Positions 1-8,454 of a stretch of 38,768 nt of DNA are shown here, one piece after another. The position numbers were made by a program, and so were the translations under genes. The number at the start of each line of letters is the position of its first letter. Within the stretch, counting starts at the first letter, position 1. Below the pieces are notes generated by a model. It was not told the origin of the DNA. It ran no database searches and was given only the letters and a program-made list of their open reading frames with translations. The stretch lies in the sequence record SRR22947725_1063; one strand, given 5' to 3'.

Positions 1-591
1 AAGAGAGTCAACTGTTGCCCCTTCTTGAATCAAAAGTGAGATTGCTTCTTTTTGTCCAGTTGTTGCTGCCCAATGAAGGGGAGTCAGTTCTTTCTGATTT
101 TTCCCATTGATATTGGCTCCATCTCTCAAAAACTCCTTCATTACTTGAATATTACCTGTCTTCGCGGCACTACCTAAGTCTGTGGCCTTATTATTAACTG
201 AAGGTAAAGATCCAATTTCTTCCGAGTCGTTCGAGATATTCTCCGGAGTTATCCATGCGGTTACCGAACGCATGTGATTAAGAAGTGGAATGAGGAGAAT
301 ACTAAAAAAGATAAGAGGGAGAACGATCCGTTTGCAGCGATTACTCATTAATTCTTTGGTTCCTTTTCGTTTCCAAAGCAACATGGTGAAGAATCCACTC
401 ACGAAAAAGAATAGGGGCATACGAAAGCCATGAATGAAAAGAATGGGAATTCCATAGAATTCAGACTGGTTGATGTCTTGAACTGGCCAAACTGGCCATC
501 CAACAAAAGAAAGCATCGCATGCAAGACGATGCCAAGAAGCATTGCAAAAGCCCGAAGGGCGTCTAGGTAATGATATCTTGCCTGATCCAA
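1..591 (-). CDS. Acyltransferase-3 (OpgC/MdoC-like) membrane protein with inserted ankyrin repeats; 3' part runs off the window
   Basis: Not in the ORF track; translated by hand from TTG at 591: MDQARYHYLDALRAFAMLLGIVLHA...IHGFRMPLFFFVSGFF...RCKRIVLPL, which are the AT3 motifs LDxLR, FRMPLFF-SGFF and R-R-LP. It then continues AAKTGNIQVMKEFLRDGANINGKNQKELTPLHWAATTGQKEAISLLIQEGATVD (ankyrin TPLH-AA). The frame stays open to base 1. Confidence 0.88.
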   Translation of the reverse strand, partial: MDQARYHYLDALRAFAMLLGIVLHAMLSFVGWPVWPVQDINQSEFYGIPILFIHGFRMPLFFFVSGFFTMLLWKRKGTKELMSNRCKRIVLPLIFFSILLIPLLNHMRSVTAWITPENISNDSEEIGSLPSVNNKATDLGSAAKTGNIQVMKEFLRDGANINGKNQKELTPLHWAATTGQKEAISLLIQEGATVDSL

Positions 592-592
592 T

Positions 593-1057
593 TTACTTGA
601 TCGTAACGGACCAGTGTTTTCCGTCCATGTCTAACACGCTGAGAGATTTGAGATCACATCCATCCAATTTCGCAGAGTTTAAATAGACTTTTTCTTGACT
701 TCCCTGATCAATCTTTTTCGATAAGAAATGCTTTCTTAATTCCTTCTCTTTCTTTTCCGCGACCTCCTCCTTTGCCTCAATCTTAGAAGTGCAAGGTACA
801 GGAAACTCTTTTTTTCCATTTTCTCCTACCACTTGAACGGCGGCGAGCATGGCTTTCCCTTTTCCGTTGTTAATGATTGTCAGTTCGATGAATTGATCGT
901 TGTGCTCTGCGATAATTTCGAGCGGACCGGTTGAAGATTTAAGCCCAACCAGTCTGAAGATCGGATTGAGCATTTTATCAAACGCGTCTTCGATAAAGTA
1001 AGCAACACCTGCGAAAAGCAAACCGGCGACGATTACAATGATGGTTATTGGATCCAT
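593..1057 (-). CDS. Hypothetical protein with one N-terminal TM anchor and a Lys/Glu-rich soluble domain
   Basis: 154-aa ORF packed tightly between its neighbours (5 nt and 1 nt gaps); hydrophobic N-terminus IIVIVAGLLFAGVAYF. Confidence 0.75.
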   Translation of the reverse strand: MDPITIIVIVAGLLFAGVAYFIEDAFDKMLNPIFRLVGLKSSTGPLEIIAEHNDQFIELTIINNGKGKAMLAAVQVVGENGKKEFPVPCTSKIEAKEEVAEKKEKELRKHFLSKKIDQGSQEKVYLNSAKLDGCDLKSLSVLDMDGKHWSVTIK

Positions 1058-1062
1058 CTCTA

Positions 1063-2511
1063 TTAGAGTCTTTTGGGATTAAAGGGAGTTTTGGGAATTT
1101 GACCGCTTGCTTTTCTAGCAAGGGCTTTTCGCAGATATTTCATAACTTTTTGATTACCCTGAGTTGGTTTGATGGCAAGGTTATTAAATTCCATTGGATC
1201 TGCAAAATGATCATACAGTTCCACTCCGTGTTTCCCTTCTGCCCAGTCGGAGTATCGCCATCTTTCCGATCGGATACTTCGTCCCATCACAGGAATCTCA
1301 AAACGACTATCAGCGGGTCTGAGTACTTGGGTGATCGCGAAACTATTCCACCTGTTTAGTGGATCTCTGAGAAGTGGGGTGAGGGATTGTCCCTCTATTT
1401 CCTTGGGCGTTGGAATATTGGCGAGTTCGGTGAGGGTGGGGTAGATGTCAATGAATTCAACGATCCGTCGACATGCCTGACCATTTCCTTCGATATTGGG
1501 TGCCCGAATGATCAGCGGGGCTTTAGCTCCCTGTTCAAAAAGAGTTCGCTTTTGCCAGATGCCATTATGCTCGCCCAAGTGGTAACCATGGTCACTCCAG
1601 AAAACAACAATGGTATTGTCCGCCAGGTCGAGCTGATCGAGGGCGTCAAGCATTCGGCCAACCTGGGCGTCGATAAAGGATACGCATGCATAATACGCCT
1701 GCATTGCCTGGAGGCAGGTCAATTCATCTAACCCGTAGTGGGGAACCGGACAGTTATGGGCAAAGGCAGCGGTGGGAATATCTTCCCTGTCATTTTTTGG
1801 AGCATAAGGAAGCCTTAATGTTTCCAGGGGATACATATCAAAGTATTTTTTGGGTGCGACATAAGGTGTATGTGGTCGAAAAAAGCCGGCCGCAATGAAG
1901 AAGGGTTCGTCCTTTTTTTGCTTCATTAATTTAATTGTTTCCGTGGCGATCATCCCGTCGGTTTGTTCCTCGTCTTTACCATCTGCCGCCAGCCAACTTA
2001 AGGCGGCACTGATTTTACGATGTGGTTCCGCGTTGAATATTAGGGATTCATCGGTTTTGTCACGACCTATGGGATTCACGGTTTTTTGCCAGGACGGGGG
2101 ATCATCAAACCCATCGGTTCCAATCGATGCCGGAACATTGTAGTGATAAACTTTACCTACGCGACCGGCCCACCATCCATGTTTCATGAATTGTTGGGAA
2201 AGCGTGACTGCATCGGGTACTTCATCGCGGAAATGTCGGTCCAGATCATAGACCTTGATCGTATCCGGTCTTAGACCGGTCATCACCGATGCCCGGGTCG
2301 GGTTGCAAAGGGGGAGTTGATTGTATGCATTGAGGAAGCAGACTCCCGTTGCGGCCAACCGATCGAGATGAGGAGTTTGAGCAATCGGATCTCCGTAACA
2401 ACCGAGGGCACAGGATAAATCATCTGCAGCGATGAAAAGAACATTTTGTTTTTGGGCAAATCCCGAAATGCCCAATAGGAAAATACCGGGTACTAGAAAA
2501 GATAGCTTCAC
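1063..2511 (-). CDS. Secreted sulfatase, iduronate-2-sulfatase-like
   Basis: Signal peptide; motifs [17 protein letters not shown] (Cys-type formylglycine motif), GFFRPHTP and [21 protein letters not shown] start. Confidence 0.92.
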   Translation of the reverse strand: MKLSFLVPGIFLLGISGFAQKQNVLFIAADDLSCALGCYGDPIAQTPHLDRLAATGVCFLNAYNQLPLCNPTRASVMTGLRPDTIKVYDLDRHFRDEVPDAVTLSQQFMKHGWWAGRVGKVYHYNVPASIGTDGFDDPPSWQKTVNPIGRDKTDESLIFNAEPHRKISAALSWLAADGKDEEQTDGMIATETIKLMKQKKDEPFFIAAGFFRPHTPYVAPKKYFDMYPLETLRLPYAPKNDREDIPTAAFAHNCPVPHYGLDELTCLQAMQAYYACVSFIDAQVGRMLDALDQLDLADNTIVVFWSDHGYHLGEHNGIWQKRTLFEQGAKAPLIIRAPNIEGNGQACRRIVEFIDIYPTLTELANIPTPKEIEGQSLTPLLRDPLNRWNSFAITQVLRPADSRFEIPVMGRSIRSERWRYSDWAEGKHGVELYDHFADPMEFNNLAIKPTQGNQKVMKYLRKALARKASGQIPKTPFNPKRL

Positions 2512-2545
2512 TTTTTTATAATTAAATTACGTCAGATTTTAAAAT

Positions 2546-4603
2546 TTAGTCCTGAGCAAAGGGCCGGACCACAAGACTTTGCAGTTTCCAACTTCCCGTT
2601 TGTTCCACTCCTAAATGTGGCCCAGCGTCCAGTATGAGCCTTTCACCTCTTTTGATAATTCCAAGGTCACTTATGATTCCCTGTTGATCTTTGGCATCAT
2701 TATCCGCATCGATACAATAGATGTCCAGAGGGGAGTTTTTTCCTTTAATTAAGCTTCCACCACATGATCCATCTCCGGCTTTTAAGGCAATCGATTCAAT
2801 CAAAACATCCTGTTCAAAGCGCAGGGCAATTCCTTCACCTGAATCAATCCGGGACGATCCTTTCCCTTCGATTCCAAGTCCGTCGGGTTTTTGGGTGGGG
2901 AGTCCTCCCTTACCAGAAACCGATAAAGTAAGCGGGGCGGGTATCGGCATTGGTTGGGTCCAGTCAAAAGTAATCCGTTTCCTGGGTGCGATGGCTGTAA
3001 AACGATGTCCACCCACAGTGCGATGCTGAATTGCAGTTGAAATAAGTTTTTTGATCAACGGTTTAAGTTCCGGGTCTTCTAAACGATTTTTGCTCTCCAT
3101 CGGATCAGTTACCAGATCATACAATTCGACCGGTTTTGCTTTTGCTTGCCTAAGAAGAGAGGCATCAAAAAATATTTTCCACTGGCCCTTTATTATTTTT
3201 CCATCGACCTTTGGATTGTCCAACCGCATGGCACAAGCGGCCGCATCTTTAGATTGCTTATGGTCATTGTAGAACATCGGGCGATTGGGAATTTTTTTTC
3301 CTCTCCAAGCAGGTAAAACATTATAGCTGTCCTCCGCCCCTTTTTCTCCGTTTCTCAAGTCGGGCAGGGGTACTTTTAAAATTTCTGAAAAAGTGGCGTA
3401 TAGGTCCTGTAATCCAATTAGCTGACTGCTTGTTTTTCCATTTCCCACTTTGCCATTAGGCCAAGCAACAAGGAAGGGCACACGGTGTCCGCCTTCGTAA
3501 CAACTGCCTTTATTACTTCGTACGGGGCCGGTTGCAGTTTTGGTTTTTACTTCCGCTCCATTGTCTGAGGTGAAAATAACAATCGTATTTTCAATTAGTT
3601 TTTTACTCGGTCTGCGTGGATCCTTGGTTTGTTCGAGATAGTTAATCAGCCTTCCAAGTGCCACATCGTTTTCATAGACATAATCCAACCGGGTTGATGC
3701 TGAAGCTCCTGATACCATCTTGCCCGCTCCCCGAACTTTTTTACCTCCCACTTCATTGGCTACGGTGTAGGGTCCGTGATTTGAATTACTGGGATAATAA
3801 AGAAAGAATGGATTGAGGGAACGATCCTTATTTCTGAGGTGTTGAGTAAGAAATTCGATCGCATGATTGGAATGCCGATTACCCAGGTCGTGTAAATCAA
3901 AGGCCTTTTTTCCTTTCTCCACTAATTTTTTCCCGTTCCCGGTGGATCCTATGATTTTTCGATTATGGATGTGGCCAGGGCCGATTGATTGATTTGGAGT
4001 GTTACGATTCCCCTTTTTGTTTTTCCCTGTTTGGGGCCCAGTTGTGCCCGCATCCGGCCCGGATGTTCCATGGGAGCGTGAGGTAAACCGGGCGTAGTCA
4101 AACCCGTGGTCACAGGGACCATCAAAAACATCTTTAGTTAGATCCGCATCCTCCCAGCCTGCCGCCGGTTTTCCATTTGTTTGGGTGTATCGCAGTCCGA
4201 GGTGCCACTTTGCCACCATGGCCGTGGCATACCCTTGGGAACGAAAAAGAGTGGCGAGGGTGGGGCGGTCATCTTCGATGAGAGGATCACCCTGAACGCC
4301 AAACAGTACCCAGTGTTTCATACGTGCACGCCAAGGGTAACGTCCAGTCAGCAATCCATATCGCGTGGGGGTGCATCGAGATGAGGGGGTATGGGCATCG
4401 GTAAAGAGCATTCCCATACTGGCAAGCTTTTCCATGGCCGGGGTGTGAACCTGTTGATCGTCTGAGTTCTTGGTATAAAATTGATAGGCTGATGTGTCGC
4501 CCATACCCATGTCATCAGCCATAAAGAGAACAACGTTTGGCTGGTCAGAAATTTGTGAAAATACAATAAACGGAATCAGGGGAAGAAAGATAAGAAGCTT
4601 CAT
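2546..4603 (-). CDS. Secreted arylsulfatase with a C-terminal extension of about 140 aa
   Basis: Motifs PNVVLFMADDMG, CTPTRYGLLTGRY, KWHLG, FTSDNG and KGSCYEGGHRVPF. Confidence 0.92.
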   Translation of the reverse strand: MKLLIFLPLIPFIVFSQISDQPNVVLFMADDMGMGDTSAYQFYTKNSDDQQVHTPAMEKLASMGMLFTDAHTPSSRCTPTRYGLLTGRYPWRARMKHWVLFGVQGDPLIEDDRPTLATLFRSQGYATAMVAKWHLGLRYTQTNGKPAAGWEDADLTKDVFDGPCDHGFDYARFTSRSHGTSGPDAGTTGPQTGKNKKGNRNTPNQSIGPGHIHNRKIIGSTGNGKKLVEKGKKAFDLHDLGNRHSNHAIEFLTQHLRNKDRSLNPFFLYYPSNSNHGPYTVANEVGGKKVRGAGKMVSGASASTRLDYVYENDVALGRLINYLEQTKDPRRPSKKLIENTIVIFTSDNGAEVKTKTATGPVRSNKGSCYEGGHRVPFLVAWPNGKVGNGKTSSQLIGLQDLYATFSEILKVPLPDLRNGEKGAEDSYNVLPAWRGKKIPNRPMFYNDHKQSKDAAACAMRLDNPKVDGKIIKGQWKIFFDASLLRQAKAKPVELYDLVTDPMESKNRLEDPELKPLIKKLISTAIQHRTVGGHRFTAIAPRKRITFDWTQPMPIPAPLTLSVSGKGGLPTQKPDGLGIEGKGSSRIDSGEGIALRFEQDVLIESIALKAGDGSCGGSLIKGKNSPLDIYCIDADNDAKDQQGIISDLGIIKRGERLILDAGPHLGVEQTGSWKLQSLVVRPFAQD

Positions 4604-4639
4604 TCAATGATCCTACTAAGCTCCCTCCTTTTTTTGCAA
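4604..4639 (-). promoter_or_regulatory. Putative sigma70-type promoter giving a leaderless transcript
   Basis: Minus strand: TTGCAA(4639-4634)-N18-TAGGAT(4615-4610)-N6-ATG(4603). Confidence 0.45.
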
Positions 4640-4684
4640 GGCGATAGCACCTCCTTTTGAATGATCGAAAGACAGAATTTGTTT

Positions 4685-6037
4685 TTAGAAACTTAATTCT
4701 AATGTGGGCCCCGAAGCTTCTGGGTGGGAGTCGCTGGCAAAGGCATGAACCATTCCGCTCCCACTGGTTTCAGAGGTTTCTCTGGTTAGAATAAAGGTGT
4801 ATTCACTGGCGTTGTTTGATTTTAGAAATTCCACAAGTTCATTGCTTTCTATCGTGATGGAACCCCTTTCCTGACTGCGTGGGATTTCAAACCTACCCAC
4901 TAAAGTAGCTGATTCAGTTGTGGGCGCTTCTCCCCATTTTAAATTCTCCCACGATTCCACCCCGGTGAATCCGGCAAGGGCATAGAGCTTAAATCGATTG
5001 GTTTTGGGAAGGTAGACCCGATGTCCTACACCGCACGGAACCAAGTTCAGTCTTAGTCTTGATTTTTTTATCTTACTCCAATCCACCTGATCCTCTTTGA
5101 AGTTAAATAAAGCCCTTCTTTCGTAGGGATTGGAACCGGTGTCCAATTTAACCATCAAGAAATCCTGGTCGAGATATGCAATCTCATCATTTCGGATGAT
5201 GGATTGGCATTTTCCCGCTGTTTGAATGCGGAGGGTGTTATTTTCCTTCTCGAGGACTGGAATAGGTTGTTCGGCACGGCGAACAATCTTTTTACTGATA
5301 CCATAATCGTTCAGGGTCGCGGATTCATTTTCGAGTAGGAAGAGTGAGTCTCCCTTTGGCGAGTGTAGTGATATTTCTCCTTCCAAAACTTTGAAGTCAG
5401 ATATCTTTCCGTTCTCCATGATCGATACTCCAAAAGCAGTTCCATGATCCACCGCATAGCCGGATGGTGTAGCCAAAGTGAATCCATGAGCAGAATCAGG
5501 GACATGTACTATAGCATTTCCTCTTATAAGTTTTCCCTGCATTGCAGTTTGCAGTTCAATTTCGGCAGGAGCTTCCAGTACGACTTCAGCACCGGATGAA
5601 AACCGGATCGTTGCGACGCCCGACTTTAAAGTCATCAAACCAGCACTTAATTCGCTACCCTCTAACGTTGGTAAGGAACTTTCCCATGCGGCATTTTCAT
5701 TCGAGGCTAATGTGGCAATCGATTCTTTTGCATTAAAAAAAGAATAGCCAATTAATCCTATGGCTAAAATAAAACTGGCCACGAAGGCAAGCAATGTGAC
5801 CGTGGATGATTTACGCTTAAAAGAAATCACTTTTTCTTCCGGTAATCTCGAGCAGAATTCCTCCTCGAGGGCAGTGCCTACATTTACCTGATCATAAAAC
5901 TTTTTCCTTAAGGCCGAATTTTCTCTGAGTGATTGATCCAATATTTGAATCTCCTCTTCACTAAGGTGTTGGTCCAGGTAACGGATAATTAATTCATCTT
6001 CTTTTTTCATCTTGTTTAATGGGAAATCATCTTGCAT
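4685..6037 (-). CDS. FecR-like anti-sigma factor with a C-terminal DNRLRE/CBM96-like domain
   Basis: N-terminal ELIIRYLDQHLSEEE..L, one TM helix, FecR motifs LKSGVATIRFSSGAEVVLEAPA and TPSGYAVDHGTAFGV; C-terminal LMVK..RRALFNF..RLRL..FASDSHPEASGPTLEL. The start is placed at ATG 6037, which overlaps the sigma gene stop; 6010 is an alternative. Confidence 0.85.
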   Translation of the reverse strand: MQDDFPLNKMKKEDELIIRYLDQHLSEEEIQILDQSLRENSALRKKFYDQVNVGTALEEEFCSRLPEEKVISFKRKSSTVTLLAFVASFILAIGLIGYSFFNAKESIATLASNENAAWESSLPTLEGSELSAGLMTLKSGVATIRFSSGAEVVLEAPAEIELQTAMQGKLIRGNAIVHVPDSAHGFTLATPSGYAVDHGTAFGVSIMENGKISDFKVLEGEISLHSPKGDSLFLLENESATLNDYGISKKIVRRAEQPIPVLEKENNTLRIQTAGKCQSIIRNDEIAYLDQDFLMVKLDTGSNPYERRALFNFKEDQVDWSKIKKSRLRLNLVPCGVGHRVYLPKTNRFKLYALAGFTGVESWENLKWGEAPTTESATLVGRFEIPRSQERGSITIESNELVEFLKSNNASEYTFILTRETSETSGSGMVHAFASDSHPEASGPTLELSF

Positions 6038-6566
6038 CGGCCACTTGCTTGGCACATTCGGCAAGTCTTTGGCGAATACGGTAGATCCATTGATAGAATC
6101 CAGTTATACTTTTACCAAATTTTTGTGCCAGTGCAGGAGTGTTTGATTCGTCGTCATACATATCCTGTAATGCGGTTCGTTGATCTTTTTTGAGTTTACC
6201 TAAGCAGTGCTGAAGAATGGCTTCTTTTTCCAGATCCAATTGCTCAGCGTTACGATCCAATTCCTCGGCCATGAGTTCAATCGTTTCGGTTGAAAGAACC
6301 AGCCTTTCTCTTTCCCTGGCTAAATCTCTTCGCCAAGCCAGAACTTCGAAGCGGGCAACTCCAAATGACCATTTTCGGAAATTATCATCTGATTGTAATT
6401 GATCGAATTTTTTCCATAGAACAATGGCAATCTTTTGCATCACATCGGACGCATCTTCCCTACGATATACCAGTCTTCTTACATACGCATGTATCGACGA
6501 CTCATTGGCAGTGAATAAGTTTAGAAACCGGTGGTTTTTTTCCTCTTCTGGTTGGAGTGCTTTCAA
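6027..6566 (-). CDS. ECF RNA polymerase sigma-70 factor (Rhodopirellula/Verrucomicrobium type)
   Basis: Region 2: IHAYVRRLV..DASDVMQ..IVLWKKF..FRKWSFGVARFEVL. Region 4: CLGKL..QR..Y..LAQ..YQWIYRIRQRLAEC. Lies directly upstream of the FecR-like gene. Confidence 0.92.
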   Translation of the reverse strand: MKALQPEEEKNHRFLNLFTANESSIHAYVRRLVYRREDASDVMQKIAIVLWKKFDQLQSDDNFRKWSFGVARFEVLAWRRDLARERERLVLSTETIELMAEELDRNAEQLDLEKEAILQHCLGKLKKDQRTALQDMYDDESNTPALAQKFGKSITGFYQWIYRIRQRLAECAKQVADAR

Positions 6567-6636
6567 AGTAATAAATGGTTTCCTTAAATCTCCGTGAAGA
6601 AAGGAAATTTAACGAATTGAGGAAAACCTTCTTCCT

Positions 6637-7578
6637 TTACCTTGTTCCCATGAGAAACTTTTTTAGCTTTTTATCAACCTGTTTTGATTTGAGAAAGAGT
6701 TTTTTATGGTTTTCTTCAAGGTAGTTCTTGGCATTGGGCAAATATCCATCGAAACACTTTTTTTCGAGTTTTCCACTCACCCCATTTATAGAACCTGTCT
6801 GAATTATCACATTTCTGTCTTCTAAAGAAGCGCGTGCCCCTTTGGGTAATTCATCTGATATGTTATTAGTCACATTTTGAGAGTCAGAGTAAATGTTTGG
6901 AAATTGGAAGGTGAGTAAGTTTCCTGTGACTTTTAGAAATGAGTATGGTTCTTTCATCTTCTTTTCAAGAAATTGAATGGCTTCTTCGCTTGGGGAATTT
7001 TGGACTATTCCTTTGGCCAGTTCTTCTCTTAACTGGGGGATGTGGGCGATGGTTTGTCTTTGAATTACTTGGTTAGCCAGAGTAAGTAGCTTTGATAACT
7101 TTTGAATTCTTAGTGTCTGAGCACCGCAGAGTTGTCCTTTATTATCATTATAAAGACCAATGTTTTGAACTTCCACATTTTTAATTAGTGCGTCGATTAA
7201 TTCTTGTTCCGGTTTTCCATACCGTCCATTTTTATCGTCGCTCATCAGGTTCTTCATCATGTCAGGAAGAGATTTGGGACTATACTCAAAGATCCAATTG
7301 TTGAAGAAAAATGCCCGTTTTTCATTGAGTACAGATTCCAACTGGGTGATTTGTTTTTGATTCAGTATGTTCTTAGCGGCAATGTCATTAGAATTGTTCT
7401 GTGTGCTCTGTCCTTTCTCTAAATTGCCAAAAATACCCTGATATTTTAGGCTGACACGGAGTTCATCTTTTTCAGTATCGTGTGAATAAACCAATTCCTG
7501 CTTTTCAAATTCTATACATGAGCAAAGCAGAAAACTGATCGCAACGATGAGGATAGTAGAGGGAGATAGGGCTTTCAT
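6637..7578 (-). CDS. Hypothetical lipoprotein
   Basis: 313-aa ORF with a signal peptide ending in a lipobox-like LLCSC; no family recognised. Confidence 0.75.
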   Translation of the reverse strand: MKALSPSTILIVAISFLLCSCIEFEKQELVYSHDTEKDELRVSLKYQGIFGNLEKGQSTQNNSNDIAAKNILNQKQITQLESVLNEKRAFFFNNWIFEYSPKSLPDMMKNLMSDDKNGRYGKPEQELIDALIKNVEVQNIGLYNDNKGQLCGAQTLRIQKLSKLLTLANQVIQRQTIAHIPQLREELAKGIVQNSPSEEAIQFLEKKMKEPYSFLKVTGNLLTFQFPNIYSDSQNVTNNISDELPKGARASLEDRNVIIQTGSINGVSGKLEKKCFDGYLPNAKNYLEENHKKLFLKSKQVDKKLKKFLMGTR

Positions 7579-7614
7579 TTATTTACACTAGGAGGCTGCT
7601 GTTCTCATTAGCAA
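7579..7614 (-). promoter_or_regulatory. Putative sigma70-type promoter giving a leaderless transcript
   Basis: Minus strand: TTGCTA(7614-7609)-N18-TAGTGT(7590-7585)-N6-ATG(7578). Confidence 0.45.
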
Positions 7615-7639
7615 GGGCTAAACCTTGGGCGGTAATTTT

Positions 7640-8449
7640 CTATTTTAAAGTGGCAACTATTTCCACTTTCAGTTTTTCGCCATTCCGTCTTTGCATGGAT
7701 AAGGAAAATTTATCACCCGATTCGACCTCTTTGACAAAAAGCATTCCTCCATCTTTGAAAGATTTGACCATATCTAATTGACCAATTGAGCTCCCCAGTC
7801 GGAGTCCTACCCAAGCCTGTTTTTCACCTTTTTGAATAAGAGCGGATGGTTGCGACTTGGATAAGTCTAATTCGATAAGTTTATAGCCTGATGAGAATTT
7901 CCCTTCCTCCACCCAAAAGTTTCCATTGGAAGTCGATAGCGACGCGTATCCTTTCCCTCGAATTCTAAATGTGCCACTCAACTGGATCTCTTCCGCCCAC
8001 TTATCTGCGTCATCTACTTCTGATTCAATCAGATCGTCTTTAAATAAGCCTAAAAACTCAACATCGCGATCAAGTTTCTCCGGGTTATGGATTCCCACAA
8101 AGGCATATCCTTTAATCAAAAGACCGTTCGAAGTTTCCAGAACTTTGAGATTTAAGCGAATCCCATCCTGAAGTTTTTCCTTTTCATCAATTGGTACATT
8201 TTTCCTTTCTTCTTCTTCGTTGAGAATTGCACTTATCAATTGAGTGACTGGGGACGTAATACTAATCTGTGCGGATTGTCCAAGAAGAGTAGTAATCGAA
8301 GGTGCTGAAAGAACCTCTTCGCCTTTTTTACTCCCCGCAATAAACTTCGATCTAATTGTAACCTGCTTTGGAGAAGGCTCCGTAAAAGCAATGGTTTGAA
8401 CTCCAAACACTAGAAATACTACGATTATAAGGTTTTTAATGTTTATCAT
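7640..8449 (-). CDS. Secreted hypothetical protein with a secretin-like motif and a possible GspC/PilP-like segment
   Basis: Signal peptide; QVTIRSKFI..VLSAPSITTLLGQSAQISI resembles the secretin beta-domain motif; IQLSGTFRIRGKGYASL..FWVEEGK..GYKLIEL resembles PilP/GspC-HR segments. Confidence 0.6.
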   Translation of the reverse strand: MINIKNLIIVVFLVFGVQTIAFTEPSPKQVTIRSKFIAGSKKGEEVLSAPSITTLLGQSAQISITSPVTQLISAILNEEEERKNVPIDEKEKLQDGIRLNLKVLETSNGLLIKGYAFVGIHNPEKLDRDVEFLGLFKDDLIESEVDDADKWAEEIQLSGTFRIRGKGYASLSTSNGNFWVEEGKFSSGYKLIELDLSKSQPSALIQKGEKQAWVGLRLGSSIGQLDMVKSFKDGGMLFVKEVESGDKFSLSMQRRNGEKLKVEIVATLK

Positions 8450-8454
8450 TAGGA

